From an uncultured Chloroflexia bacterium (GTDB lineage Bacteria; Chloroflexota; Ktedonobacteria; Ktedonobacterales; JADMIN01), in assembly GCA_963718915.1 (NCBI GenBank), contig CAVRAI010000007.1, positions 360,001-392,000 of the forward strand: a stretch of DNA of 32,000 nt, in the 5' to 3' direction. Numbering within the stretch: position 1 is the first letter of the stretch; each line of letters opens with the position of its first letter. Positions 1 to 9,388 of this stretch are shown piece after piece. A program made the translations under genes and the position numbers. A model generated the notes under the pieces. That model saw only the letters and a list, made by a program, of their open reading frames with translations, had not been told where the DNA came from and did no database searches.

Positions 1-1252
1 AGCCGGAGGGCAATGCGCGCAACATCGCTTGCCGATGCCTCGACTGCTCATCAAGCGACTCCGCCAGCGTAGGCATCGCCACTGCGAGGCCCAGGAAGAC
101 CCAGAGCAGCATGAGATACATCGAGGACGTTGCCTGCGCGCAGAACAACATGCACGTCATCGCTCCCAACAGCCCAATGGTGATCGCACGAGAAGCTGAT
201 GGCGCTGGCCGACGTATCGCTCTGAGGACGGCGACGTACATAGCAGCCAGGAACCAAAGTATGAGTATGACCCCGATGATGCCCGAAAAGTGGAGGATAG
301 ACAGCCCCATCGAGAAGATCCAGTAGTTATGCGGGCCGCCTTTCTCGAAGAGGTAGTACGTGGCGGTGCCCCGGCCCCAGATGGGGCTGCGTGTCCATTC
401 GTCAACGACTAAATAGACGACTTTGACACGATTACCACCAGAGCCGCTCTGGAAATTCAGCAGCGAAGCCATGCGTGTAGAGATCGGACTGCCATCACGG
501 ATCAAAAGCAGGAGCGCTGCAGCCAATATCGCGATACCTAACAGGGAGAAGCCAATCACAACCGGAAGGCGACGGGCATGGCGTGTGCTGTTCGCGGCGT
601 CAAAGGCGCTGGGCACGCCTACTGATGCGTCTCGCTTGAGCTTGCCTCGTACCCATATTGTCACGCCAGTGACGATGATCGCGCCGAGGATGAACCCCAG
701 CCAGGAAGCTCGGGTGAGGCTAAGAATGCCTCCCGCCGCACATAACGCGGCGACCAGCGCCAATGTCAGTGACAGGGGAGTAAACAGTCGTCCGCGGACC
801 ATTTGGCTGAGTATGACTGCGACGATCAGAACCGTGACCGAGGCGAGATAATGGCCGAAAAAATTCTGCTCCGAGAACGTGCCATATGCGGATAGCAGAC
901 CGCTCGACGCGTCGACTCGCGAACCAAACAGGTCAGTCTGGTGGAATACCCTGCTAATGCCATACAAGAGAATACCGAGCGTTGCCTCAATCGCCGCAAT
1001 AGGGAGCAATGCCCACAAAATGAAGGTCGGGTTGGTCAACTCGCTGACGATGAAGATGATGGCAGCGTAGCACATAAGACCAACGATCAATTCAGCGATG
1101 AGCGGAAGCCCAAGACTCAGTTCCTGGTGATTGACAAGAGCGGGAAACGAGCGATTCGACGACGAATAGGGCGGCGGGGAGGCGACCCGGCACCCGACGA
1201 AAGAGGCGCCTGGCCGTGCCGTTGTTGGCGTGGCGAATAAACGTGCCAAGGC
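1..1252 (-). CDS. O-antigen ligase / Wzy_C-like polytopic membrane protein, main body (3-prime end lies beyond the left window edge)
   Basis: Missing from the ORF track because it has no stop in the window. Hand translation of the minus strand is stop-free from 1252 to 1: ...LMCYAAIIFIVSELTNPTFILWALLPIAAIEATLGILLYGISRVFHQ...TRASWLGFILGAIIVTGV...WGRGTATYYLFEKGGPHNYWIFSMGLSILHF... It has many TM helices and a GxG...HN block typical of O-antigen ligase/polymerase proteins. It lies downstream of GT4 and flippase genes on the same strand. Confidence 0.6.
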
Positions 1253-1577
1253 TCACGGACGGACCAAGGATTTCATCAATGCGTACGTGAGCGCCTCCTG
1301 ATGTCAGAAGTGCGGGATAGAAGAACTCCAGCGTAATCATGAAGAACAGCACAATAAGGCTCAGCCGTGGGGTATTGAGACCCGCCAACAGGCCAAACGT
1401 GATGAGGAGGGGAATCAACAATACGAGCACATCAAGCTTATGAGATAGGATTCCGAGCGCGCCCAGCACTGTGGAGACTATCAGCAAGACCGCGATTGCA
1501 ATGAGCGCTACCCGCGACTGCGGCGTCCACTGGGTGCTGACAGCGTCCGAACGTTTTTGCGATAGGTCTTGCATCAT
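1092..1577 (-). CDS. membrane-protein fragment, probably the frameshifted 5-prime part of the O-antigen-ligase-like gene
   Basis: ORF 1092..1676. The internal ATG-ATG at 1577 is preceded by GAAGGA. TM helices include VALIAIAVLLIVSTVLGALGIL, VLVLLIPLLITFGLLAGL and LSLIVLFFMITLEFFYPALL. The last ~35 codons (RRVPGRLPAALFVVESLVSRSCQSPGTESWASAHR) look out of frame, while the overlapping frame (feature 1..1252) stays membrane-like. Confidence 0.5.
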   Translation of the reverse strand: MMQDLSQKRSDAVSTQWTPQSRVALIAIAVLLIVSTVLGALGILSHKLDVLVLLIPLLITFGLLAGLNTPRLSLIVLFFMITLEFFYPALLTSGGAHVRIDEILGPSVSLGTFIRHANNGTARRLFRRVPGRLPAALFVVESLVSRSCQSPGTESWASAHR

Positions 1578-1692
1578 TGTTCTCGCGATCCTTCTTTCTT
1601 CGGCGATCTCCACGCAACTCGGCGCATTACGCAGCGTCTGCCGCCTCCAGGCAGCCATCATCGACTGCCCGCGCACACCATGTCACCCGGTC

Positions 1693-3456
1693 CTAGGTTG
1701 GAATTGACATCGAAGGGTCTCTTAGTTGCTCCTGCGACGGCTTCTTTGCTCTTCGCCGCGGCGTAATCCGCTGGAGGGTGCGCTTTCCGTACCGCGCCAG
1801 CCGCCGGAGGTCATCTATGGTGACGACTCGCATCGCGAAGAGAATGACGCACAAAACGACCATCACGATAGACCCCTCAACCAGGGTGGGTTTGATGTTG
1901 AAGGTAAATATGCCGACCAGGCACACTGCTCCTAAGATGACCGCCAGCACCGTGGTGCCGATCAGGCTTATTCGCCGAAGGATAATACAGAGGATCAGCA
2001 CCTGAACGATGACATTGAAGTCCTCGGTCACGGTTGTCGCGACAGAGCTGCCGAGATACCCCCAGTGAGGAATCAATAACACGTTGAGTACGAGATTGAT
2101 CACGAGATTGATGCCGACGACTGGTAAGAGAATGCGCTGGCGGCCAATCCCCGTCAGCACCGCGGAAGTGATGTTATTGATTGCCAGGCCCACGGTGCTC
2201 CACGCCATGATGATGACCGCTGGCACGATGATCTCGAAGCTGGAACCGTACAGAATCCTGACCATCAGCGGCGCGAAAACCGTCATGCTCACGGTTGCCA
2301 GCAGCGACAGCGCATAGCCGTATCGCAGCGCCTGCTTGGTCAGCGCCGTCACCCGCGCGCGTACCTCCCCGTCGAGCTCGCGGTAGCTCACCAGCGGCAG
2401 CACTGTGGTTGAGATAGCGACCAAGATCGCCAGCGGAGCTTCCGTAAACTTATAGGCCGCGCTGTAGTAACCAACCTCATTGATGTGACCGAGTTGGGCG
2501 ATGAGAAACGTATCCAGCCGATGGTAGGCCAGGATGCCGATGCCCGCGATTCCAAGCGAGATCACCTGGGGAAGCATCGAGCGTATATGTCGTTCTGGCG
2601 CAAGACCGACGTGGCCGAGGCGTCGGCTGAGCAGGACCGTGAGGATGACACAGATAGTAGCATCCGAGATCAGCAGCAACTCAAGCATCACCAGCCAGTT
2701 ACCGCCCATGTGCGCGGCCACGACCATGGAGATGAGATAGATGGTGCGCGCAATGGCCTGCGCTATCGTTGGCGCGCGGGCATCGAGCCGCGCGCGATAA
2801 TACGTCATCAAGCTCGATCCGAGGTTGGCAAGAATGAGATCGCCCACCACAATGACGGTTCCCGCGATGACATCCGCGCTTGTACCCATAATGTACAGCG
2901 CAATGATGATGACAACGGCGCAGACCACGGATGCCCCAAGTTTCAGCGCCACACCATCGCGTAACATCCGCTTGCGCGCTTCGGCGCTGGATGTGTGTGA
3001 AAGGGTGCGAATCAGTACCTGATCCCAGCCAAAGGTCGTAATGGAGTTGAGCAGTTCTTTGCCGGTCAAGACGAGCACATAGATCGAGAAGTCTAGCGGC
3101 GGAAGGGCGGCCAACGCAATGATGAACGCGATATAGGTGACCAGTTTATTGATGATCTGCGCGGCAATAATCCCGACCGAGTTGCCGATGGCCTTGAGTG
3201 AGTTAGTGTTAGAAGAAGGCCGCCCCATCGGAACGGACACGGACGGCGGTGTGGGAGATTCGGTCGTCGGCACGACGATCCGCAGGCGCGCGTCTGTTAC
3301 CTGAAAATCGGTATCCGAGAATATGCCACTGAAGTCATAGGGATCGTAATCGTAGGCTTCATAGGGATTGTATGGATTGTCTGGGCCGTATCGGGTTGGT
3401 GTTGGCTCACTCGAATCGCGACCCCAGCCCGATCCTCTATTCCCATCAGTCGACAT
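1693..3456 (-). CDS. polysaccharide/oligosaccharide flippase (Wzx, MOP superfamily) with a disordered N-terminal extension
   Basis: ORF 1693..3546. About 12-14 TM helices across ~480 aa, with the layout of polysaccharide biosynthesis (Wzx) exporters. I prefer the ATG at 3456 (MSTDGNRG...), which is preceded by GTGGAG and avoids overlap with the upstream GT4 stop at 3473. Confidence 0.75.
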   Translation of the reverse strand: MSTDGNRGSGWGRDSSEPTPTRYGPDNPYNPYEAYDYDPYDFSGIFSDTDFQVTDARLRIVVPTTESPTPPSVSVPMGRPSSNTNSLKAIGNSVGIIAAQIINKLVTYIAFIIALAALPPLDFSIYVLVLTGKELLNSITTFGWDQVLIRTLSHTSSAEARKRMLRDGVALKLGASVVCAVVIIIALYIMGTSADVIAGTVIVVGDLILANLGSSLMTYYRARLDARAPTIAQAIARTIYLISMVVAAHMGGNWLVMLELLLISDATICVILTVLLSRRLGHVGLAPERHIRSMLPQVISLGIAGIGILAYHRLDTFLIAQLGHINEVGYYSAAYKFTEAPLAILVAISTTVLPLVSYRELDGEVRARVTALTKQALRYGYALSLLATVSMTVFAPLMVRILYGSSFEIIVPAVIIMAWSTVGLAINNITSAVLTGIGRQRILLPVVGINLVINLVLNVLLIPHWGYLGSSVATTVTEDFNVIVQVLILCIILRRISLIGTTVLAVILGAVCLVGIFTFNIKPTLVEGSIVMVVLCVILFAMRVVTIDDLRRLARYGKRTLQRITPRRRAKKPSQEQLRDPSMSIPT

Positions 3457-3472
3457 GGCGCGCTCCACTTTA

Positions 3473-4681
3473 TTAGGAAGTAAGTTCTGTGGCTGACTTG
3501 AGGTCACGGTTGTGGTCGGATGAGTGGCGTCTGTCCGCCGCATCATAATATACGTCCAGCGTGTCTCTTGCGGCAGCAGTAGCCGAGAAGTTCTGAACCC
3601 GCACTAACCCCTGCCTGATGCAATCATCCCTGAACTGAGCGTCACTGGTCATCGCTACAATAGCTTGAGTAAGCTCCTCCTCAGAGGTTGGATCCACCAT
3701 GATGCCAGCCGGGCCGACTACCTCAGGCAGTGACGATGTCTTCCCCGTAATGACCGGACAACCACATGCCATCGCTTCTAGTGGTGGCAAGCCAAATCCT
3801 TCGTAGATCGAGGGATAGATGAACGCATCAGCTCCATTGTATAGCGCGACGACATCTTCTTCGGGAATATAGCCGGTAGCAATGACTTCGTTCTCGAGAC
3901 CATGCTGGCGAATCTCCTGGAAGATTTGCGATTCACGCCACATGCTCTTGCCGACAAGCACCAGGCGTCCATCATATGCGCCCATGCGTTTGGATTGAGC
4001 GAACGCGCGCACCAGGCGCGGCAGATTCTTGCGTGGTTGCAGGTTGCCCACCGCGAGCAGATATCTGCCATTGATGCCATAACGCGCCATGACATTCTCG
4101 ACCTCAGCCCTGTCGTGAAGCACGCGGTAATTGGGTGCTATAGATTGATAGACGACCCTGATCTTCTCCGGGTCAACATTGTAATAGTTCGCAATGTCGC
4201 GGCGGGAACTCTCGGAGACGGTTATCACCCTTTGCGCGTGCCGTATAGTCCGTGGCACCAGCGTTTTGAGAATAGCTCGATCACGCGCCGAGAATGTCTC
4301 GGGATAGAGTTCATAGGAGATGTCGTGGACCGTGGCGACAACCGCAGCGGATACCGCTGGTGGCGCGATGTATGTGACGTGCAGCACATCGACGTGGTCC
4401 GCCAGCACGCGAGCAGGCATACCCAATGTAATGCGTAGCGCAGAGGTCGCCGGGGCGACGTGACGGCGCGCAAAGTTGGGTGGAAGTGGGCCGCATGCGT
4501 CTAGCCGTTCCAGGTGGGTCGAGTAAAGCAGGTACTGCGGTGTAGGGGCTTCTGGGTCAAGGCTCGCGAGACCGCGTATGAGGTTGATAATGTACGTTTC
4601 GTTTCCTGTTTCGCGCTCACCAACCATATGCGCATCGATAGCAACCCGCAACGGTCTTGATATTTGACGACTACGACGCAT
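3473..4681 (-). CDS. GT4-family glycosyltransferase (GT-B fold, Glycos_transf_1)
   Basis: ORF 3473..4699. C-terminal signature [37 protein letters not shown] (EX7E-type motif). N-terminus [27 protein letters not shown]. The ATG at 4681 is preceded by GGGGAG. Confidence 0.85.
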   Translation of the reverse strand: MRRSRQISRPLRVAIDAHMVGERETGNETYIINLIRGLASLDPEAPTPQYLLYSTHLERLDACGPLPPNFARRHVAPATSALRITLGMPARVLADHVDVLHVTYIAPPAVSAAVVATVHDISYELYPETFSARDRAILKTLVPRTIRHAQRVITVSESSRRDIANYYNVDPEKIRVVYQSIAPNYRVLHDRAEVENVMARYGINGRYLLAVGNLQPRKNLPRLVRAFAQSKRMGAYDGRLVLVGKSMWRESQIFQEIRQHGLENEVIATGYIPEEDVVALYNGADAFIYPSIYEGFGLPPLEAMACGCPVITGKTSSLPEVVGPAGIMVDPTSEEELTQAIVAMTSDAQFRDDCIRQGLVRVQNFSATAAARDTLDVYYDAADRRHSSDHNRDLKSATELTS

Positions 4682-4811
4682 GTATCTCCCCTGCAACATC
4701 TCTGCTGCATATGTCTCTATACATGTCTCTCACCTGCCTCTAACCTGACTGTTCCTCTGACCAATTCCTTAACGATTCAATAGATTAGCTAGACTCCCTT
4801 TATCCAATACC

Positions 4812-5180
4812 TCAACATTTGGCCCATCCCGGCACAAGTGCGCGGTAACTCGCGGCAACTGCACAACCATGATACACGTCTGCCGTCTGGTAGCGCAATT
4901 CATCCGGCCAATTTCGCATGTCCCAATCGTGCGAGGCCTCAATCAGGAGAGAACTCACCAGCAAGCGCGCCGCCGCCGAAACAGATGGCTAACTGGCGCC
5001 GCTTCTTGTCCTGAGGCGGCTACAGTACGGGATCGCCTGATTGTTGCCAACGCCGAATCCACGATTCTCGGATTGTAGATACAGCGGATCCCAGGATGCG
5101 TCGCCTCCAGAGCGCTCAATTGCCTGGATGCAGTCAGTTATCAATGGCGCGTTCTTCCAGTTCAGCAGCACAATCGACAC
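4812..5180 (-). pseudogene. decayed GT2-family glycosyltransferase remnant (in-frame TAG, large internal deletion)
   Basis: ORF 4989..5180 begins like a GT2 (SIVLLNWKNAPLITDCIQAIE...NRGFGVGNNQAI). After an in-frame TAG at 4989-4991 the same frame continues to 4812 with ...EASHDWDMRNWPDELRYQTADVYHG, which resembles the C-terminal ED-x-DL-x-R...VYH block of GT2 enzymes. About 120 codons remain where ~300 are expected. Confidence 0.4.
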
Positions 5181-5277
5181 GTCGACGACTGGCTGCGAGT
5201 GCGTCGAGGCGTTATCCTGAAGGTTCTCCTACCTATTCATTTTCATTGCTCAATCTGATGGCTCTCGATGACCATAA

Positions 5278-5310
5278 ATCTTCGTCATATCTTTGTCATA
5301 TCTTCGTCAC
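5278..5310. repeat. three tandem 11-bp units ATCTT(C/T)GTCA(T/C)
   Basis: Read directly: atcttcgtcat / atctttgtcat / atcttcgtcac, followed by gcatgacg, which gives a short palindrome with the last unit. The repeat sits in an AT-richer spacer between the GT2 remnant and the tnpB element. Confidence 0.8.
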
Positions 5311-5699
5311 GCATGACGCGCGTGCGACACGCTCACAACCTATGCGCGACATGCGAAGACGGGGTTATTGTACCCGAAGTGGCTGCCAATGAGCTATCGG
5401 GCAGGATCAACGATAGCATCCCGCTATTGCCGCTGATGGTGGCGTATCCTGATCCACTGGCGGCATTGTTTCTGCGTCGTTCATGCATGGATACGTCGCA
5501 ATACCGCGTTTATAGTGGCCAGCCGCGCTGTCTAGCATAAAGTAACCTGGGTTATGACAGTGCAGCGCCGAATTACAGAGAAGGAGCAGAAAGCCCTTCG
5601 GCTTGAGCCAGGGGATGAATGGCCCTCTCGCCTTGCTGATTTCGTGCTTATCAGGCAGAATAGACATCTATGGACGAGCCAACAGCGCGGAGTGTGCAG

Positions 5700-6846
5700 A
5701 TGGCGCGGATGGGACAGACGGCGCCAAGCATACGCAAAGCCTACAAGTACAAACTCAACCCGACACCTGAGCAGGCGTGCCAGCTTGAGCAGACGTTGTG
5801 GCGCTGTCGTCGGCTCTACAACACCGCGCTCGAACAACGAATCACCCTCTACAAGCAGCGCGGTGTCACCCGCACCGCCTATGAGCAAATGGCGGAGTTG
5901 CCCGAGTTGAAGGCCGCGTTCCCGGAGTATGCGACCGTTCACTCGCTGGTCTTGCAGGATGTACTGGCGCGCCTGGAGCAGACCTATCAGGACTTCTTCC
6001 GTCGCATCCGCGAAGGGCAAACACCCGGCTTCCCGCGCTTCCAGGGAAGCAACCGCTACCACAGCTTCACCTACAAGCAGTACGGCAATGGCGCGCGGCT
6101 CGACAATGGCTTTTTGGCGCTCTCCAAAATCGGCCGCGTGGCGGTTCGCTGGTCACATCCTGATGGCCCCTGGGAAGGCGCCCCCAAGACGGTCACGATC
6201 AGCCGCGAAGCCGATGGCTGGTATGTCGCGTTCTCGTGCGTGGACGTGCCGACGCAGCCCTTGCCGTCAACGGGGCAAGAAACGGGGATAGACCTCGGCC
6301 TGGAATCGTTTGCCACCCTCGCTGATGGCACGATGATCCATAACCCGCGCTGCTATCGCCGGGCGGAGCGTCGCCTCAAAACCACCCAACGCCGAGCGGC
6401 TCGCCGCAAGCAAGGGAGCCACCGGAGGCGCAAAGCGGTGAAGTTGCTTGCCAAAGCGCATCTCAAGGTGAGGCGCCAGCGGCGGGATTTCCAGCAGAAA
6501 ACCGCGCTGGATCTGGTGCGGCGCTTCGATACGATCTATCATGAAGAGTTGCAGGTCGCCAACATGCTCAAGAACCATCATCTGGCCAAGTCCATTCAGG
6601 ACGGCCGGGTGGTCTCAATTTCTGAGCATCCTTTCCTTCAAGGCAGCATGCGCCGGTCGGAGGGTAATCGCGGTGAACCCTGCCTACACGAGCCAGATCT
6701 GCTCTGGCTGCGGTGTGGTGGTCCAAAAAGGTTTGTCTGTCCGCTGGCATAGCTGCCCAGACTGCGGCGCCAGCCTGCACCGTGACCATAACGCCGCGAA
6801 GAATATAGAAAGGCTCGGGCAGAGCCTTCGGGGAGAGGTGGCGTAG
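5700..6846 (+). pseudogene. tnpB: TnpB (OrfB_IS605) RNA-guided endonuclease, interrupted by a +1 frameshift at ~6603
   Basis: ORF 5670..6752 has KAYKYKLNPTPEQ, the RuvC-I motif TGIDLG and the RuvC-II motif IYHEELQV. ORF 6541..6846, in the +1 frame, has AGWSQFLS...NPAYTSQICSGCG...CPDCG...RDHNAAKNI (Zn ribbon plus RuvC-III). The two join as SIQD|AGWSQF if one G of gacGGcc (6603/6604) is dropped. The ATG at 5700 has GGAG 7 nt upstream. Confidence 0.85.
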
Positions 6847-6897
6847 GCCGCCCCAGAGAACCGAGAATCTCCCGCATTTATGCGGGGGAGTGTCAAT
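6740..6897 (+). ncRNA. candidate TnpB omega-RNA (reRNA) scaffold overlapping the tnpB 3-prime end and right end
   Basis: The call rests on position, because omega-RNAs of IS605-family TnpB are encoded from the tnpB 3-prime end to the RE. A hairpin tctcccgca-ttta-tgcggggga (6868-6889, one G-U pair) is followed by gtgtcaat. The 5-prime limit is a guess. Confidence 0.35.
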
Positions 6898-7070
6898 ATA
6901 ATGAACAGGCCCGGCAGCCGCAAGCGCCGTGCGAGGGAGAGACTGCCAGATGCGCCAGACGAGATGTGCCAGATGCCACGCCAGGCGCGTAGAATACCCC
7001 AAAGAGATGATACTCTGATGCTATGCCATCAATATAGTGTACCGGAGTCGCGCAAGGAGCATTTCGCACG

Positions 7071-7586
7071 ATGCCAGATGGATATCTTCCGCACAGCTTT
7101 CCGGCGGCAATAAGCTGGTTCATAGACGCGCTGTCCATTCGCGGTGATGATGTATTTGCCGTGATCGGCCTGATCGCGGTGGTGGTCGTGCTATTGCTCT
7201 GGGTCATGATCGAGAACGTCCGGCAGACGCGCTGGCGATCTGGTCGTACCACAGATGGCGCGGAGACCACCGACATCACAGAAAATACAGACGCCACAAG
7301 GCATGTCAGGGCGAAAGACTCAAGCGGGCCAGCGCTGGCGGCTGAGGCGGATATGGCCCCTGTGCGCGCGCGGGCTGAATGGTTGCTCGACGACAATACG
7401 CTGGTGCGGACGGGCGCTGTAACGCGCGAGGCGGTACGGAGAAAGACGACCGCCGCTCCGCAACTGGTCCCCTCCCGCTCCCGCTCCCGCTCCCGTGGCC
7501 ACACCCAGCTCAACGCCAGTGATGAAAGCGAAACGCCCGCTACACATCGCGATGATGGGGTCGCGGGGCATCCCCGCCAGCTATAG
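7071..7586 (+). CDS. hypothetical single-pass membrane protein with a disordered tail
   Basis: AAGGAG lies 11 nt upstream of the ATG. One TM helix (VFAVIGLIAVVVVLLLWVMI). GC-rich third positions suggest coding. The C-terminus contains the SRSRSRSR repeat and overlaps the next gene by ~65 nt, so the 3-prime part is doubtful. Confidence 0.35.
   Translation: MPDGYLPHSFPAAISWFIDALSIRGDDVFAVIGLIAVVVVLLLWVMIENVRQTRWRSGRTTDGAETTDITENTDATRHVRAKDSSGPALAAEADMAPVRARAEWLLDDNTLVRTGAVTREAVRRKTTAAPQLVPSRSRSRSRGHTQLNASDESETPATHRDDGVAGHPRQL
7472..7495. repeat. hexanucleotide microsatellite (CTCCCG) x4
   Basis: Four perfect tandem units read directly. The repeat abuts the first possible start codon (GTG 7495) of the glycosyltransferase, 27 nt before the ATG at 7522. 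Confidence 0.9.
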
Positions 7587-8649
7587 CGGTTTCGAGACGT
7601 GTGTCGAGCAGCTCTCGGTGCGGTTGGTCGAGCGCGGGCATTCGGTGACGGTCTATTGCCGCTCGCACCACGTCAAATGGCCCGAAAAGACCTATAAGGG
7701 CGTGCGGCTCGTAAAGCTGCCGACGATTGCCAGTAAGCATCTCGATACCATCGCGCATACCTTTCTCTCGATGCTGCATGGCGAGTTCCGCCGCTATGAC
7801 GTCGTCTATATCTGCGGTGTGGGCAATGGGCCGCTGGCGGGTATCCCCCGGCTGGCGGGAAAGCCAACCGCCATCAATGTGGATGGAGCGGATTGGGAGC
7901 GCGATAAGTGGGGCGGTTTCGCCCGTCGCTATCTCCAGGCTTCAGAGCGGCTGGCGACAAAGCTCGCAAGCTGTATCGTCTCGGATTCGCACGTGGTCGA
8001 GAAGTATTATCAGGACAGGTTTAATACGCCCTCCGTCTTCGTGCCCTATGGCTCCGATGTTCCCCACCTGCCCCCAGGCGAGACGCTGCAACGGCTGGGA
8101 TTGAAGCCGGATGGCTACATCCTCTGGGTGGGTCGGCTTGTCCCGGAGAATAACGCGCACGATGTCATCGAGGCATACCAGCAGCTTGGCGGGCCTTCGA
8201 CCGGATTGCAGCTCTGCCTGGTCGGCGACGCGCCCTATAGCAGTGACTACAAGGCGGAGTTGAAACAGAAGGCTGGTCCTGGCGTCGTCTTCGCGGGCTA
8301 CGTCTTTGGCGATGGCTACCACGAGCTTGGCTCGAATGCGCGTATCTACGCCTTCGCAAGCGGCGTCGGCGGAACGCATCCGGCACTGCTGGAGGCGATG
8401 GCGTTTGGCAACTGTGTGGTGGTCAACGATATGGCCGCCAATATGGAAACCATCGGCGATGCCGGGCTTCCCTACGCGGGCGACAAGGGGGCAACCGATC
8501 TGGCGCGAGTGATGGCTCAAGCTATCGCGAATCCAGCGCAGGTCGAGGAATACCGCAAGCGCGCGGCGCATCGCGCGAAGGCCGTCTATAGCTGGGATGT
8601 GGTGACCGATCAGTACGAACGCCTGTTTGCGGACCTCGCCCGTGTCTGA
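7522..8649 (+). CDS. GT4-family glycosyltransferase with DUF1972-like N-terminus (possible rhamnosyltransferase)
   Basis: ORF 7495..8649. The N-terminus HIAMMGSRGIPASYSGFETCVEQL matches the DUF1972-type GT-B N-domain seen in RgpA/Cps2F-like rhamnosyltransferases. The C-terminal half has FASGVGGTHPALLEAMAFGNCVVVND. It sits directly upstream of the rml genes. The start is uncertain (GTG 7495 or ATG 7522). Confidence 0.75.
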   Translation: MKAKRPLHIAMMGSRGIPASYSGFETCVEQLSVRLVERGHSVTVYCRSHHVKWPEKTYKGVRLVKLPTIASKHLDTIAHTFLSMLHGEFRRYDVVYICGVGNGPLAGIPRLAGKPTAINVDGADWERDKWGGFARRYLQASERLATKLASCIVSDSHVVEKYYQDRFNTPSVFVPYGSDVPHLPPGETLQRLGLKPDGYILWVGRLVPENNAHDVIEAYQQLGGPSTGLQLCLVGDAPYSSDYKAELKQKAGPGVVFAGYVFGDGYHELGSNARIYAFASGVGGTHPALLEAMAFGNCVVVNDMAANMETIGDAGLPYAGDKGATDLARVMAQAIANPAQVEEYRKRAAHRAKAVYSWDVVTDQYERLFADLARV

Positions 8650-8832
8650 CCCACGCTCCCAGCGGGTGGCGCTCCAGCCGCTGTAGTACCTCTTGCCAGC
8701 GCGTTCCCATTGGCGCTGCGTTGGGTTATACTGTGGGGCGCGGCCCGCGACCAGGGCCAACAATGCGCTACCCAAAGTCTACCAAATCCGGCTAAGCAGT
8801 CGTGATGGAATGGAAATATCTGGAGGGATACT

Positions 8833-9306
8833 GTGCCCCTGGGAAATATCGATGGTGTGGTGATTCAGTCACTGGCCCGTCATGCGGATGATCGTGGCTA
8901 CTTCGAGGAATTGATTCGTGTGACGGATGGCTTCTTCCAGGAGGGATTCGGCCAGCTCAGTCACTCGAAGATGTATCCCGGCGTTGTCAAGGCGTGGCAT
9001 ATCCACAAGACGCAGATTGACTGGTGGTATGTCGCCTTTGGACGGCTCCGTGTCGCGCTTCACGATCTGCGCGAGGGGTCGTCGACGCGCGGCGTCACCC
9101 AGGAGATTGCTCTTGGCGACGACCTGCCGCCCGCTGTGCTCAAGATTCCCCCTGGGGTCGCGCATGGCTGCCGGGTCATTGGCGAAACGCCTGCCCACCT
9201 CTTCTACGTCACCTCTTGCACCTACAATCCTGACGAAGAGGGGCGCATCGCCTTCGACGACGCTGAGATTGGTTACGACTGGCTGAGTGGCCCACCCATC
9301 AAGTGA
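8833..9306 (+). CDS. rmlC: dTDP-4-dehydrorhamnose 3,5-epimerase (short RmlC-type cupin)
   Basis: ADDRGYFEEL (the D-x-RG-x-F-x-E motif), KAWHIHKTQ, IPPGVAHG and YNPDEEGRIAFDDAEIGYDW. The GTG start has GGAGGG 6 nt upstream. It is clustered with rmlA/B/D. Confidence 0.8.
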   Translation: MPLGNIDGVVIQSLARHADDRGYFEELIRVTDGFFQEGFGQLSHSKMYPGVVKAWHIHKTQIDWWYVAFGRLRVALHDLREGSSTRGVTQEIALGDDLPPAVLKIPPGVAHGCRVIGETPAHLFYVTSCTYNPDEEGRIAFDDAEIGYDWLSGPPIK

Positions 9307-9388
9307 ATGGCGCATGCCGTTCACGACATGTGAGTACACATAACCGCGTTAGGCGTGGATGAGATACGTGTGGAACGAGGATAAACGG

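Larger units (their letters stand above)
5560..6897 (+). mobile_element. IS200/IS605-family (IS1341-like) tnpB-only element; boundaries approximate
   Basis: It contains only a TnpB/OrfB gene and no tnpA. Small hairpins lie upstream (5591-5604 aagcc-cttc-ggctt; 5393-5417 gctatcg...cgatagc). A 9-bp subterminal hairpin lies 22 nt after the stop (6868-6889). The ends cannot be fixed without other copies. Confidence 0.55.
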
